From the IMG/VR virus record IMGVR_UViG_3300035670_000059, positions 49,733-113,732 of that record: a stretch of DNA of 64,000 nt; one strand, 5' to 3'. Positions 40,448-50,020 of the stretch are shown here, piece after piece. The DNA is from a virus. Below the pieces are notes generated by a model. That model worked only from the letters and a program-made list of their open reading frames with translations, was not told the DNA's origin and did not search any database. Both the position numbers and the translations under genes were made by a program. Position 1 is the stretch's first letter. Each line of letters begins with the position of its first letter.

Positions 40448-41125
40448 ATGGTGTGTTCTAAATGTAAAGAAGATAAAAATCTTGAATGTTTTTCTAAAAA
40501 CCAAAAACAATGTAAAGCTTGTAAAAAAGAGTTTTATATTAAAAATAAAGAAAAAATAGTAGTTAAAAGTAAAAAGACTTACGCTGATAATAAAAGTATA
40601 GTTTTAGAGAAACAAAAAGAGTATTATAAAAATAATAAAATAGAAAGAAAATTATACCAAAAAAACTATGAAATTCTAAATAAAGATAAAATTCAAAAGT
40701 ACAATGAAGAATATTATCAAAAGAATAAAGAAAAAATAAAAAAGAATAGTACAGAATGGATTAAAGAAAAATATAAAAATAACCAAGAATTTAGAATTCA
40801 AACTAAACTCCATCTCCAGATAGTAAAATATCTGCATCAACATCAAAATATAAATAAAATACCCCAAATACTGGGTTATGAAATAAAAGATTTTATTAAT
40901 AAAATAGGTTCCCCTAAAAAAGGTTATGATATTGATCATAAAATTCCTTTAAGCTGGTTTGAAAATTTTACCCCCATTAACATAATTTGGGACTTAAGAA
41001 ATTTACACATAATTAAATCACAAGAAAACAAGAAAAAAGGAAATAGGTTTGCCCACCCTATCACAGAAGAATATAAAAATAGTATAAAACAATACATAAA
41101 AACTAAATACCAATCAAAGTTATGA
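40448..41125 (+). CDS. Free-standing HNH homing endonuclease
   Basis: CSKC..CKAC; K/Y-rich linker; DIDHKIPLS..NL..EN..K. Confidence 0.8.
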   Translation: MVCSKCKEDKNLECFSKNQKQCKACKKEFYIKNKEKIVVKSKKTYADNKSIVLEKQKEYYKNNKIERKLYQKNYEILNKDKIQKYNEEYYQKNKEKIKKNSTEWIKEKYKNNQEFRIQTKLHLQIVKYLHQHQNINKIPQILGYEIKDFINKIGSPKKGYDIDHKIPLSWFENFTPINIIWDLRNLHIIKSQENKKKGNRFAHPITEEYKNSIKQYIKTKYQSKL

Positions 41126-41592
41126 ATTTAATTTTAGAAAATCCTACTAATATGTATAATCCGCAATATGATGTTATCACGGATTTAAATTTATTAGAGT
41201 TGAACAGCAACAACAAATTATTCTGCACATTTACAGACCCGAAAAATCTGGATGTACTAATTGAGGATATAAAAGCAAAATACAGTATTATATATAATAA
41301 AATGTTTGTTTTGGAAATTATAGGTAAAGAGGAGTACGTCATTACCTACAATGTAGAACATGCAAACGTAAGCTATATACCTGAAAATACTATTTTGGTT
41401 CATAGAAAGAAGGAATCAAATACCCTATATACAATTAATGCTTTAAACGAGCTAATTAAAAAATTGAATGGTGGTGTAGTTGATACTAAATTTGCTATTA
41501 ATTGGAACCATTACAAGAATTGTATTTTGCTTACTCAGCACAATGAGTTAAACCAACTAAACACAAAAATCTTTAAGATTATAGAAATATAA
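41122..41592 (+). CDS. Hypothetical protein in replication block (true start may be later, e.g. TTG 41200)
   Basis: Intact ORF; an ATATGTATA motif at 41150 lies inside its 5' part. Confidence 0.6.
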   Translation: MNLILENPTNMYNPQYDVITDLNLLELNSNNKLFCTFTDPKNLDVLIEDIKAKYSIIYNKMFVLEIIGKEEYVITYNVEHANVSYIPENTILVHRKKESNTLYTINALNELIKKLNGGVVDTKFAINWNHYKNCILLTQHNELNQLNTKIFKIIEI

Positions 41593-41624
41593 TTTGGATT
41601 TCAGGAAAAGGGTTATTACATTTA
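41593..41624 (+). promoter_or_regulatory. Bacteroidota-type sigma promoter YTTG-N20-TAnnTT(T/C/A)A (also 24117, 29560, 39087, 56902, 57959, 60356, 61970, 62584)
   Basis: Nine copies with the same 20-nt spacing, close upstream of genes; resembles the -33 TTTG / -7 TAnnTTTG consensus. Confidence 0.75.
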
Positions 41625-41651
41625 GGGTTGTAAACATAAACAGTTATATCT

Positions 41652-42512
41652 ATGGATTTATCACTATTGAAAAAGAAGTTAGATGGTCTTCAACAGAAAA
41701 CATCACCTAAGGAAAAAACCGATTACTCTAAAATTTATTGGTCCCCTAAGGTAGGAAAACAACAAATCCGTATTGTTCCTTCTGCTTTTAATAAAGCAAA
41801 CCCGTTCACGGAACTTAAAATTTATTACGGTATTACAAACAAAGTTATGATTTCTCCTTTGAATTTTGGAGAAAAGGATCCGATTGCTCTATTTGCTTCA
41901 AAACTTAGAGGTGAATACAACAAGGAAAATTTCGTACTAGCTAAAAAACTTGACCCTAAAGTTCGTATTTTTGCTCCCGTAATTGTACGTGGTGAAGAAG
42001 ATATGGGTGTTAGATTGTGGCAATTTGGCAAGCAAGTGTACGAGGAATTGATCAGCCTAGCTGTTGATGAAGAAATTGGTGATTATACCGATATTGTAAA
42101 TGGTAGAGACATTACTGTTGATACTGTAGGACCGGAATCAACTGGTACCCCATACAATAAATCTTCAGTACGTGTTAAGTTGAAAACCTCCCCATTGAGT
42201 GAAAATAAAGCTCAAGTAGAAAGTTGGTTGGCCGAACAACCTAACCCAACAGATTCATTTAAGAAATATACGTTTGATGAAATGAAATCTGCTCTGGAAA
42301 AATGGTTGTCTCCTGGAGATGAGGCTGAAGAAGGTGATATAATTGACGAGGCTAATGATGGCTTTGAAGATGAAGCTCCGGTTAGCAAGTTACCTTGGGA
42401 AGAAGAACTCGAAACACAACCTAAAAAACAAGCCAATTATAGCTTGAACACTACTAAAGTAAAACAATCTAAAGGAGATCAATTCAACGCCTTGTTTGAG
42501 GACGAAGATTAA
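41652..42512 (+). CDS. Single-stranded DNA-binding protein (gp32-like)
   Basis: IRIVP, DPI, GVRLWQFGK, DYTD..GRDI motifs; acidic C-tail FEDED. Confidence 0.8.
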   Translation: MDLSLLKKKLDGLQQKTSPKEKTDYSKIYWSPKVGKQQIRIVPSAFNKANPFTELKIYYGITNKVMISPLNFGEKDPIALFASKLRGEYNKENFVLAKKLDPKVRIFAPVIVRGEEDMGVRLWQFGKQVYEELISLAVDEEIGDYTDIVNGRDITVDTVGPESTGTPYNKSSVRVKLKTSPLSENKAQVESWLAEQPNPTDSFKKYTFDEMKSALEKWLSPGDEAEEGDIIDEANDGFEDEAPVSKLPWEEELETQPKKQANYSLNTTKVKQSKGDQFNALFEDED

Positions 42513-42517
42513 CATTT

Positions 42518-43600
42518 ATGGCTAAAAAAAGAAACACATCACTTTCCGCGGCAGTGTCCGCGGAAATTAAATCTAACTTTGATCTAAGCAAATTTAAAAC
42601 CAAGAAAGGCTTAGATAAAAACGTTAAATTTAAAGACCAACAGTGGATTCCTTTATCTCCTGCTTTTCAAGAAGTTAGCTCTATCCCTGGAATCCCTATG
42701 GGTCATATTGTTATGCTCCGAGGACATTCAGATACAGGTAAAACAACTGCAATGATTGAAGCAGCGGTATCAGCCCAAACCAATGGTATTTTACCAGTAT
42801 TCATCATTACAGAAATGAAATGGAACTGGGACCATGCAGTGCAAATGGGATTAGACATTAATATTACTCGAGATCCAGAAACAAATGAAGTTATTGACTA
42901 TGAAGGTAATTTTATTTATGTTGATCGAGAAACATTAAATTCCATTGAAGATGTTGCCGCATTTATCATGGATTTGTTAGATGAGCAGAAAAAAGGTAAT
43001 CTACCGTATGATCTGTTGTTTTTGTGGGACAGTATTGGTTCTATTCCTTGTGATCTATCAATTCGTTCTAACAAAAATAATAACGAATGGAATGCAGGTG
43101 CTATGTCAACTCAATTTGGCAATAACGTAAACCAAAAGATTGTAATGTCTCGTAAAGAATCATCACCTTACACTAACACACTTGTGGTAGTAAATAAGGT
43201 ATGGACTTTAAAACCCGAATCACCAATGGGTCAGCCCAAACTGATGAATAAGGGTGGGTATGCAATGTGGTACGATGCAACATTTGTAATTACATTTGGA
43301 AATGTTATGTCAGCCGGTACTAACAAAATCAAAGCCATTAAAAATGGTAAGGAAGTAGAGTTTGCTAAACGTACAAATCTTCAAATCGATAAAAACCACG
43401 TTAATGGTATTACTACCAGAGGTAAGATTATCATGACACCACATGGTTTCATTATGGATGATGAAAAAGCTATCAAAGAATATAAAAATATGTACGCCGA
43501 AGAATGGGCTCGTATTTTAGGTGGTGGCGATTTCTCTATAATTGAAGAAAGCGAAGAAGCAACAATTACTGTATCTCAGTTCGCACACGAACCCGAATAA
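42518..43600 (+). CDS. recA: RecA/UvsX-like recombinase
   Basis: GIPMGHI, Walker A GHSDTGKT, FLWDSIGS, KGG..WY, IDKNH. Confidence 0.85.
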   Translation: MAKKRNTSLSAAVSAEIKSNFDLSKFKTKKGLDKNVKFKDQQWIPLSPAFQEVSSIPGIPMGHIVMLRGHSDTGKTTAMIEAAVSAQTNGILPVFIITEMKWNWDHAVQMGLDINITRDPETNEVIDYEGNFIYVDRETLNSIEDVAAFIMDLLDEQKKGNLPYDLLFLWDSIGSIPCDLSIRSNKNNNEWNAGAMSTQFGNNVNQKIVMSRKESSPYTNTLVVVNKVWTLKPESPMGQPKLMNKGGYAMWYDATFVITFGNVMSAGTNKIKAIKNGKEVEFAKRTNLQIDKNHVNGITTRGKIIMTPHGFIMDDEKAIKEYKNMYAEEWARILGGGDFSIIEESEEATITVSQFAHEPE

Positions 43601-43601
43601 C

Positions 43602-44645
43602 ATGAAACACAAAGAACTATTTAAACTTCTTGATGATATCAAGGAGGAGGGGAATGAATCCTTACCTAAAAGACACGATAGAGTTTTATTGATAGATGGA
43701 TTAAATCTATTCTTTAGAAACTTTGCAATGTTAAACATGGTAAACCCCGATGGGATTCACGTTGGCGGATTAGGTGGGTTCCTCCGTTCACTAGGTTCTT
43801 TAGTTAAACAAATTAATCCCACCGCTGTTTATGTTGTATTCGATGGGGCAGGGTCTTCTAGCAATAGAAAGAACCTTGTCCCCGAGTACAAATCTGAACG
43901 ACACACTCAAAGGGTAACTAACTGGGAAATATTTGATAATCTGGATGACGAACACGATTCTAAAATTGATCAAATTGTACGTTTAATCCAGTATTTAAAG
44001 CAATTACCTGTTAAAACCCTAGCCATTGATAAGGTAGAAGCAGATGATATAATTGCTGTGTTATCTATGGATTTGGTTAAAAAATACAATTCCACAGTAT
44101 TCATAGTTTCCTCAGACAAGGATTTTATTCAACTAGTAAATGATAAAGTTGTAGTATATCGTCCAATGGAAAAGGAATATTACAGCCCTAAAACAGTAGT
44201 AGAAAAATTTGATGTACTAGCTGAAAATTTTATTCTTTATAAAACACTACTTGGGGATGCTTCCGATAAAGTGCAAGGAGTTAAAGGATTGGGTGATAAA
44301 GGTATATTTAAAAAATTCCCTGAGCTAAAAACTCAACCACTTACTTTAGATGATATATTTGAAATCTCGGCTAGGAAATTTAAAGACCATGTAGTATATT
44401 CAAGAATATTACAAGATCAAAGACGATTAGAGACCAATTATAAGATTATGGATTTGTCAAAACCAATGGTAGATGAACGAGACATAGCTTATATTAACAA
44501 TATGGTTGAATCTGATCTACCTGAACTTAATTCTAAGAACTTTACTATAATGTACGAGGAAGATAAGTTGGGTGGTATGATTAAAAACGTAGATTATTGG
44601 TTGAAGGATAATTTCTTACATTTTAAAGGTTACAAAAATAAATGA
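43602..44645 (+). CDS. 5'-3' exonuclease/flap endonuclease (T4 RNase H-like)
   Basis: LIDGLNLFFR, VFDG, YKSER, EADDII, SSDKDF, LGDASD..GVKGLG; ATG 43602 follows recA stop. Confidence 0.92.
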   Translation: MKHKELFKLLDDIKEEGNESLPKRHDRVLLIDGLNLFFRNFAMLNMVNPDGIHVGGLGGFLRSLGSLVKQINPTAVYVVFDGAGSSSNRKNLVPEYKSERHTQRVTNWEIFDNLDDEHDSKIDQIVRLIQYLKQLPVKTLAIDKVEADDIIAVLSMDLVKKYNSTVFIVSSDKDFIQLVNDKVVVYRPMEKEYYSPKTVVEKFDVLAENFILYKTLLGDASDKVQGVKGLGDKGIFKKFPELKTQPLTLDDIFEISARKFKDHVVYSRILQDQRRLETNYKIMDLSKPMVDERDIAYINNMVESDLPELNSKNFTIMYEEDKLGGMIKNVDYWLKDNFLHFKGYKNK

Positions 44646-46009
44646 CGCTTTCAAGCTTATCACAGTACGGACACGATTTTCAAATTAAGGTATTATCCTC
44701 TCTATTAACACATAAAGAATTTCTAATAAACATCCATGACATTATCTCGGATGAATATTTTGACAATCAAGCAGTAAAATGGTGTGTTGGTGAGATTTTA
44801 AATTACTTTGATAAGTACCATACAGTTCCTACTCTAGAAATTCTTAAAATTGAATTACAAAAAGTAGAAAATGAGGTACTGCAGATATCGATCAAAGATC
44901 AACTTAAACAAGCTTATATTTCCTCAGATATAGATTTACAATATGTGCAGGAAGAGTTTACAAATTTCTGTAAAAACCAACAATTAAAGAAAGCGCTATT
45001 AACATCTGTTGATTTACTTAAGGCTGGAGACTTTGATGGTATTAGAAATTTAGTAGATAATGCTTTAAAAGCAGGTAATGATAAAAATTTAGGACACGAA
45101 TATGTTAAAGATATTGAAGATCGCTATAGAGAAGACTCAAGAGCTACTATACCTACGCCTTGGGAACTTATTAACAATCTACTCCAGGGCGGACTGGGAA
45201 ATGGAGATTTTGGCCTTATATTTGGCAATCCAGGAGGTGGAAAATCTTGGTCTCTAGTAGCCCTGGGGGGATATGCCGTAAAGTTAGGATATAATGTTTT
45301 ACACTATACTCTAGAACTAGGAGAAAATTATGTTGGTAAACGATACGATGCATTTTTCTCTAAAATTTCGGTTACTAAAATTGATAGTTTTAAGCATAAA
45401 ATAGAGGAATTAATTCCCCAATTACCAGGACAACTTATTATAAAAGAATTTCCTACTGGTAAAGCTACGATTTCCACAATTGAATCCCATATTAGCAAAT
45501 GTTCAGATTTAGGTGTTAAACCTGATCTTGTTATAATAGATTATGTGGATTTGTTGTCTTCCAAGAAAAAGAATCGTGAGCGTAAGGAAGAAATCGATGA
45601 TATTTATCAAAGCACCAAAGGACTGGCTCGTCAATTGAACATACCAATTTGGTCTGTTTCACAAGTCAATAGATCTGGTGCGCAAGATAAAATTATTGAA
45701 GGGGATAAAGCAGCAGGATCATATGATAAAATGATGATTACTGATTTTGCAATATCTCTTTCGAGAAAAAAAGAAGATAAAGTAAATGGCACAGGACGGT
45801 TCCATATTATGAAAAATAGATACGGGGCAGATGGTTTAACATTCATGGTAAATGCCGATACTTCAACTGGGCATTTTGAGGTAACAGAATACCACGACCA
45901 AGATGAAGAAGACAAACCATCCCCCAAATCTAAATCTAATCCTTTTGACAATGTAGATAACTACGATAAAGAATTATTAAGGAAGAAATTCTTTGAACTA
46001 AACGACTAA
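44642..46009 (+). CDS. dnaB: DnaB-like replicative helicase (gp41-like)
   Basis: GNPGGGKS, YTLEL, IIDYVD, SQVNR, KNRYG. Confidence 0.93.
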   Translation: MTLSSLSQYGHDFQIKVLSSLLTHKEFLINIHDIISDEYFDNQAVKWCVGEILNYFDKYHTVPTLEILKIELQKVENEVLQISIKDQLKQAYISSDIDLQYVQEEFTNFCKNQQLKKALLTSVDLLKAGDFDGIRNLVDNALKAGNDKNLGHEYVKDIEDRYREDSRATIPTPWELINNLLQGGLGNGDFGLIFGNPGGGKSWSLVALGGYAVKLGYNVLHYTLELGENYVGKRYDAFFSKISVTKIDSFKHKIEELIPQLPGQLIIKEFPTGKATISTIESHISKCSDLGVKPDLVIIDYVDLLSSKKKNRERKEEIDDIYQSTKGLARQLNIPIWSVSQVNRSGAQDKIIEGDKAAGSYDKMMITDFAISLSRKKEDKVNGTGRFHIMKNRYGADGLTFMVNADTSTGHFEVTEYHDQDEEDKPSPKSKSNPFDNVDNYDKELLRKKFFELND

Positions 46010-46023
46010 ACAATATATTAAAT

Positions 46024-46980
46024 ATGAGCAAACTTACAGAACCCCGTCATTTTTATAAGCCATTTGAGTACCCACAAGCATTTGAATACTATAAAAACCA
46101 ACATAGAGCACACTGGCTTGCAGATGAGGTACCATTAGCCTCAGATTTGAACGACTGGAGATTAAATTTAAATGAAAGTGAAAAAAACCTAATCGGAAAT
46201 ATTTTAAAAAGTTTTGCTCAAACTGAAGTACACGTGAACGATTACTGGTCAAGTAAAATTTCACAATGGTTCCCAAAACCTGAAGTTGTTGCTATGGCTA
46301 GTTCATTTGGTGCATTTGAAGCAATCCATGCTGAAGCTTATGCTAGATTAAACGATGAACTTGGATTAGACAACTTCCAGGCATTTATGGAAGATGAAGC
46401 ATCACGTAACAAAATTGAGCGTTTACTTGAAACTCCTTCCGAAACACTAGAGGAAAAAGCATTGGCATTAGCTATTTTTTCTGCTTTTACTGAAGGTGTA
46501 AATTTGTTTTCCTCTTTTGCAATCTTGATGTCGTTCCAACTACGCAATATGCTTAAAGGAACCGGTCAAATTGTCGAGTGGTCGGTGCGAGATGAATCGC
46601 TACACTCAACAGCGGGCTGTTGGCTGTTCCGTACGTTGATGCAGGAAAGTCCCGAGTTAAATACCGTAGAAATGCGAAATAACGTTATTGAGGCATGTAA
46701 CTTATCTGTTAAACTAGAATTTGATTTTATCGATAAAGCATTTGAAATGGGTGAAATTGAAGGTTTAAATAAAGAACAACTCAAGAACTTTATCAAAGCA
46801 AGAGCAAACGATAAAATGAAAGAACTTGGATACAACCCAGTTTATAATGATATTGACCCATCACTATTAAAACAAATGGAATGGTTTGGTCACTTAACTT
46901 CAGGTAAAACCCATCAGGATTTCTTTGCAAATAGAGTTACGGATTACTCCAAATCAACTGGAGACTGGTCAGATTTATAA
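46024..46980 (+). CDS. nrdB: Ribonucleotide reductase class Ia beta subunit
   Basis: EAIHAEAY, EGVNLFSSF, RDESLH, DFFANRVTDY. Confidence 0.96.
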   Translation: MSKLTEPRHFYKPFEYPQAFEYYKNQHRAHWLADEVPLASDLNDWRLNLNESEKNLIGNILKSFAQTEVHVNDYWSSKISQWFPKPEVVAMASSFGAFEAIHAEAYARLNDELGLDNFQAFMEDEASRNKIERLLETPSETLEEKALALAIFSAFTEGVNLFSSFAILMSFQLRNMLKGTGQIVEWSVRDESLHSTAGCWLFRTLMQESPELNTVEMRNNVIEACNLSVKLEFDFIDKAFEMGEIEGLNKEQLKNFIKARANDKMKELGYNPVYNDIDPSLLKQMEWFGHLTSGKTHQDFFANRVTDYSKSTGDWSDL

Positions 46981-47001
46981 TTTATTAATTAACACTAAAA
47001 C

Positions 47002-48726
47002 ATGAGCACACAAGTAGACACCAGCAAATGGGTTAAGGGTAAATCATATCCTAATTGGATGGACGATATTGCAATTAGCATTATCTCTAAAGGATATCTT
47101 TTACCTGGAGAAGATGTTTATAAGGCTTTTACTCGAGTAAGTAAAGCAGCCGCAAGACGACTTCGTAAACGAGAATTACAGCCTTTATTTTATGAGGCAA
47201 TTGAAAAAAACTGGCTTTGCTTAGCCTCTCCCGTACTTTCTAACTTAGGTACTGAACGCGGGATGCCCATTTCTTGTTTCGGCATTGATGTAGAAGATTC
47301 TATTGAAGGTATTGCTGGAGCAAATTCCGAACTAATGAGATTATCCTCTCAAGGTGGAGGAGTTGGTGTAGGCATGTCTCGTATTAGAGGTAGAGGTAAA
47401 GCAATCAAAGACAATGGCACATCCGAAGGTGTAGTTCCATGGGCTAAAATATTTGATTCCACTATTCTAGCAACCAACCAAGGTTCAGTTAGAAGAGGTG
47501 CTTCTTCTGTTAATCTATCAATACATCACCCAGATATTGAAGAGTTTTTGGGTATTAGACGTCCAAAAGGTGATGTTAACAGACAATGTTTGAACCTACA
47601 TCAATGCGTTGTAATTGATGATAAGTTTATGGACGATGTTGAAAACAAAGAACCTAAAGCATTAAAATTGTGGGGCGAAATTCTAAAAACTCGACTTGAA
47701 ACTGGCGAACCCTACATTATGTACGAAGATAATGTAAATAATGCTAATCCTGAGGCGTACAAGCAAAACAATTTAAAGGTTTCAATGACCAATATTTGTA
47801 GCGAAATTTCCTTGTACACAGATGAATTGCATTCCTTCATTTGCTGTTTATCTTCTTTAAACGTGGCACGTTGGGATGAATGGAAAGACTACAGGTTTGA
47901 AAATGGTATGTCGTTGCCTGAACTATCCACTTGGTTTTTGGATGGTGTATTGCAAGAATTTATTGACCGCGCTAAGGGCATGAAATTCATGGAAAATACC
48001 GTTAGATCTGCAATTAAAGGCCGAGCAATTGGTATTGGGGTACTAGGATGGCATACATTGTTACAAACCAAAGAATTACCGTTTGTAAGCGTTGCTTCTT
48101 CTGCTTTACGTAAACAAATCTCTAAATTTATTTACGAGGAAGCAATTAAAGCTTCTAAAGCACAAGCAATTGAATTGGGTGAACCTGAATGGTGTAAAGG
48201 AACTGGCTTAAGACATTCTCATCACATTGCAATTGCTCCAACTGTAAGTAATGCTCACATTTCAGGTGGTGTATCTCCTTCAGTAGAACCAATTCCAGCA
48301 AATGTTTACAACCTTAAAACCGCTAAAGGGGTGTTTATCAAGAAAAACCGAATTCTTGAAGAACTACTAGAGACTAAAGGCTATAACATTGATAGTGTTT
48401 GGGATCAAATCCTAAAAGATCAAGGATCTGTACTAGGATTGCCAGATTATATCTTGACACAAGAGGAAAAAGAAGTGTTCTTAACATTTAAAGAAATCAA
48501 CCAGTTAGGTATTATTCAACAAACTGCTGTTTCTTATCCTTACGTTGACCAAGCTATTTCTCTTAATTTAACATTTGATCCTAATGATTCTCCCAAACAT
48601 ATATCAGAAGTTCACAAAGCAGCTTGGAAATTAGGAATCAAAACATTATATTATATGCGTACTGAGTCGGTTTTACGAGGTGATACTCTTTCAAGATTAG
48701 AGGATTGTGTGGCTTGCCATGCGTAA
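47002..48726 (+). CDS. nrdA: Ribonucleotide reductase class Ia alpha subunit (short, no obvious ATP cone)
   Basis: ISCF, GGGVG, TNICSEI, CCLSSLN, IAPT, KTLYY, C-terminal CVAC. Confidence 0.96.
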   Translation: MSTQVDTSKWVKGKSYPNWMDDIAISIISKGYLLPGEDVYKAFTRVSKAAARRLRKRELQPLFYEAIEKNWLCLASPVLSNLGTERGMPISCFGIDVEDSIEGIAGANSELMRLSSQGGGVGVGMSRIRGRGKAIKDNGTSEGVVPWAKIFDSTILATNQGSVRRGASSVNLSIHHPDIEEFLGIRRPKGDVNRQCLNLHQCVVIDDKFMDDVENKEPKALKLWGEILKTRLETGEPYIMYEDNVNNANPEAYKQNNLKVSMTNICSEISLYTDELHSFICCLSSLNVARWDEWKDYRFENGMSLPELSTWFLDGVLQEFIDRAKGMKFMENTVRSAIKGRAIGIGVLGWHTLLQTKELPFVSVASSALRKQISKFIYEEAIKASKAQAIELGEPEWCKGTGLRHSHHIAIAPTVSNAHISGGVSPSVEPIPANVYNLKTAKGVFIKKNRILEELLETKGYNIDSVWDQILKDQGSVLGLPDYILTQEEKEVFLTFKEINQLGIIQQTAVSYPYVDQAISLNLTFDPNDSPKHISEVHKAAWKLGIKTLYYMRTESVLRGDTLSRLEDCVACHA

Positions 48727-48746
48727 GTATTAAAAAACGTAAATTA

Positions 48747-48776
48747 TCCCCACCTTCGGGTGGGGAGTTATTTTTT
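48747..48776 (+). terminator. Terminator with cUUCGg tetraloop
   Basis: TCCCCACC-TTCG-GGTGGGGA-GTTATTTTTT. Confidence 0.8.
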
Positions 48777-48789
48777 ACTAAAAATTATT

Positions 48790-49404
48790 ATGGATACTAC
48801 TATAAAAATTTATTATCTTCATAAAGGAGATAATATTCCATTTTATATTGGAGAAACTTCCCAACCCCTTAAAGGGAGATTAAATAACCATAAGAGAAAG
48901 TTAGGAAAAGAAATTCAAATTGAATTAATCGAAGAAGTTAAAAATTGGAGATTTTGGGAAAAATATTGGATAAGCCAATTTAAAGTTTGGGGGTTTAATC
49001 TAATTAATAAAAATGAAGGAGGTGGGGGTGTTGATAAAGGTACTCCTAAGCATACCCTTGAATCCAAAAACAAAATTAGCCATTCCAGAATTGGGATTAA
49101 ATATAGTGAAGAATCAAAACAAAAAATAAGTAAAGCACTACTAGGTAAAAAACAATCTGCTCAAACTTGTGAATTAAAAAGAATTAAAAGACTAGGACTA
49201 AAACATTCAGAAATAAGCAAATATAATATTTCCCAAAATCTATGTAAACCCATTTCTCAATACTCTAAAAGTGGAGATTTTATAAAAACATGGACTAGTA
49301 CTAAACTAGCAGGTGAAACCCTTAACATTTACCCTTCGGATATAAGCAAATGTCTAAAAAACAAAGGTAAATCTGCAGGTGGATATATCTGGAAGTATAA
49401 TTAA
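48790..49404 (+). CDS. GIY-YIG homing endonuclease with NUMOD3/NUMOD1-like DNA-binding repeats
   Basis: KIYYL..FYIGET..R..H..E..N; HT.ESK.KIS repeats; KSAGGYIWKY. Confidence 0.85.
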   Translation: MDTTIKIYYLHKGDNIPFYIGETSQPLKGRLNNHKRKLGKEIQIELIEEVKNWRFWEKYWISQFKVWGFNLINKNEGGGGVDKGTPKHTLESKNKISHSRIGIKYSEESKQKISKALLGKKQSAQTCELKRIKRLGLKHSEISKYNISQNLCKPISQYSKSGDFIKTWTSTKLAGETLNIYPSDISKCLKNKGKSAGGYIWKYN

Positions 49405-49429
49405 CCATATTTTTTAGATTACATTTTTT

Positions 49430-49457
49430 AGAGGGGCGTAATTTGCCCCTCTTTTTT
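49430..49457 (+). terminator. Intrinsic terminator
   Basis: AGAGGGGC-GTAATTT-GCCCCTCT plus T run. Confidence 0.85.
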
Positions 49458-49546
49458 ATATTTATGAGCAAATAACACGTTTTTTCCCTCCCCTAGTTTT
49501 TCTTATTGTTACATAATGGTTGTTTTAACTTTAAACCTAAGTTAAA

Positions 49547-50020
49547 ATGAAATTATTATATTTGTTTTTTGCTTTATTTTTAAGCATGAACCTTTATGGT
49601 CAAGAAACTATACGAATTGAGGGAGTAGAAAATAAAATTATACTTGGTCCTTTAGCTAACAACCGAGATTTAGCTTTTGGGGTTAAAAACATACTAGAAG
49701 AAACAATCCAAGATAAAGGATGGGATCTAGATGAAGCATCTTCTCGTAGTATTAAAGTAGAAATAGTATATTTTGATGTATTAAAAAATAATGTACAGTT
49801 AGGTGCATTTGGTAAAAATTTAAGCATAACTGTAGTTATAGCTAAAGCTTATTTAATTGAAAATGGTAAAATAATAAAAACAACTGAGGCAAAAGGTCAA
49901 GCCAAAGATATCTCTACTGCAACTTTAATCATAGATCAGGGAGGTCAGTTTTCACAAGCAGGAGTTTCAACAGCACTTAAAAAGGTTTGTGAACAACTTA
50001 TCGATAACTTACTTCTATGA
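49547..50020 (+). CDS. Exported protein, CsgG/TolB-N-like alpha/beta fold
   Basis: Sec signal; C-term F.QAGVSTALKKVCE parallels FNQSSIGTSTKKALE of the 53517 ORF. Confidence 0.55.
   Translation: MKLLYLFFALFLSMNLYGQETIRIEGVENKIILGPLANNRDLAFGVKNILEETIQDKGWDLDEASSRSIKVEIVYFDVLKNNVQLGAFGKNLSITVVIAKAYLIENGKIIKTTEAKGQAKDISTATLIIDQGGQFSQAGVSTALKKVCEQLIDNLLL

Noticed and set aside
39138-48726. Introns or inteins in polA, dnaB, nrdA or nrdB
   Set aside because: ORFs are continuous and compact; the endonucleases are intergenic
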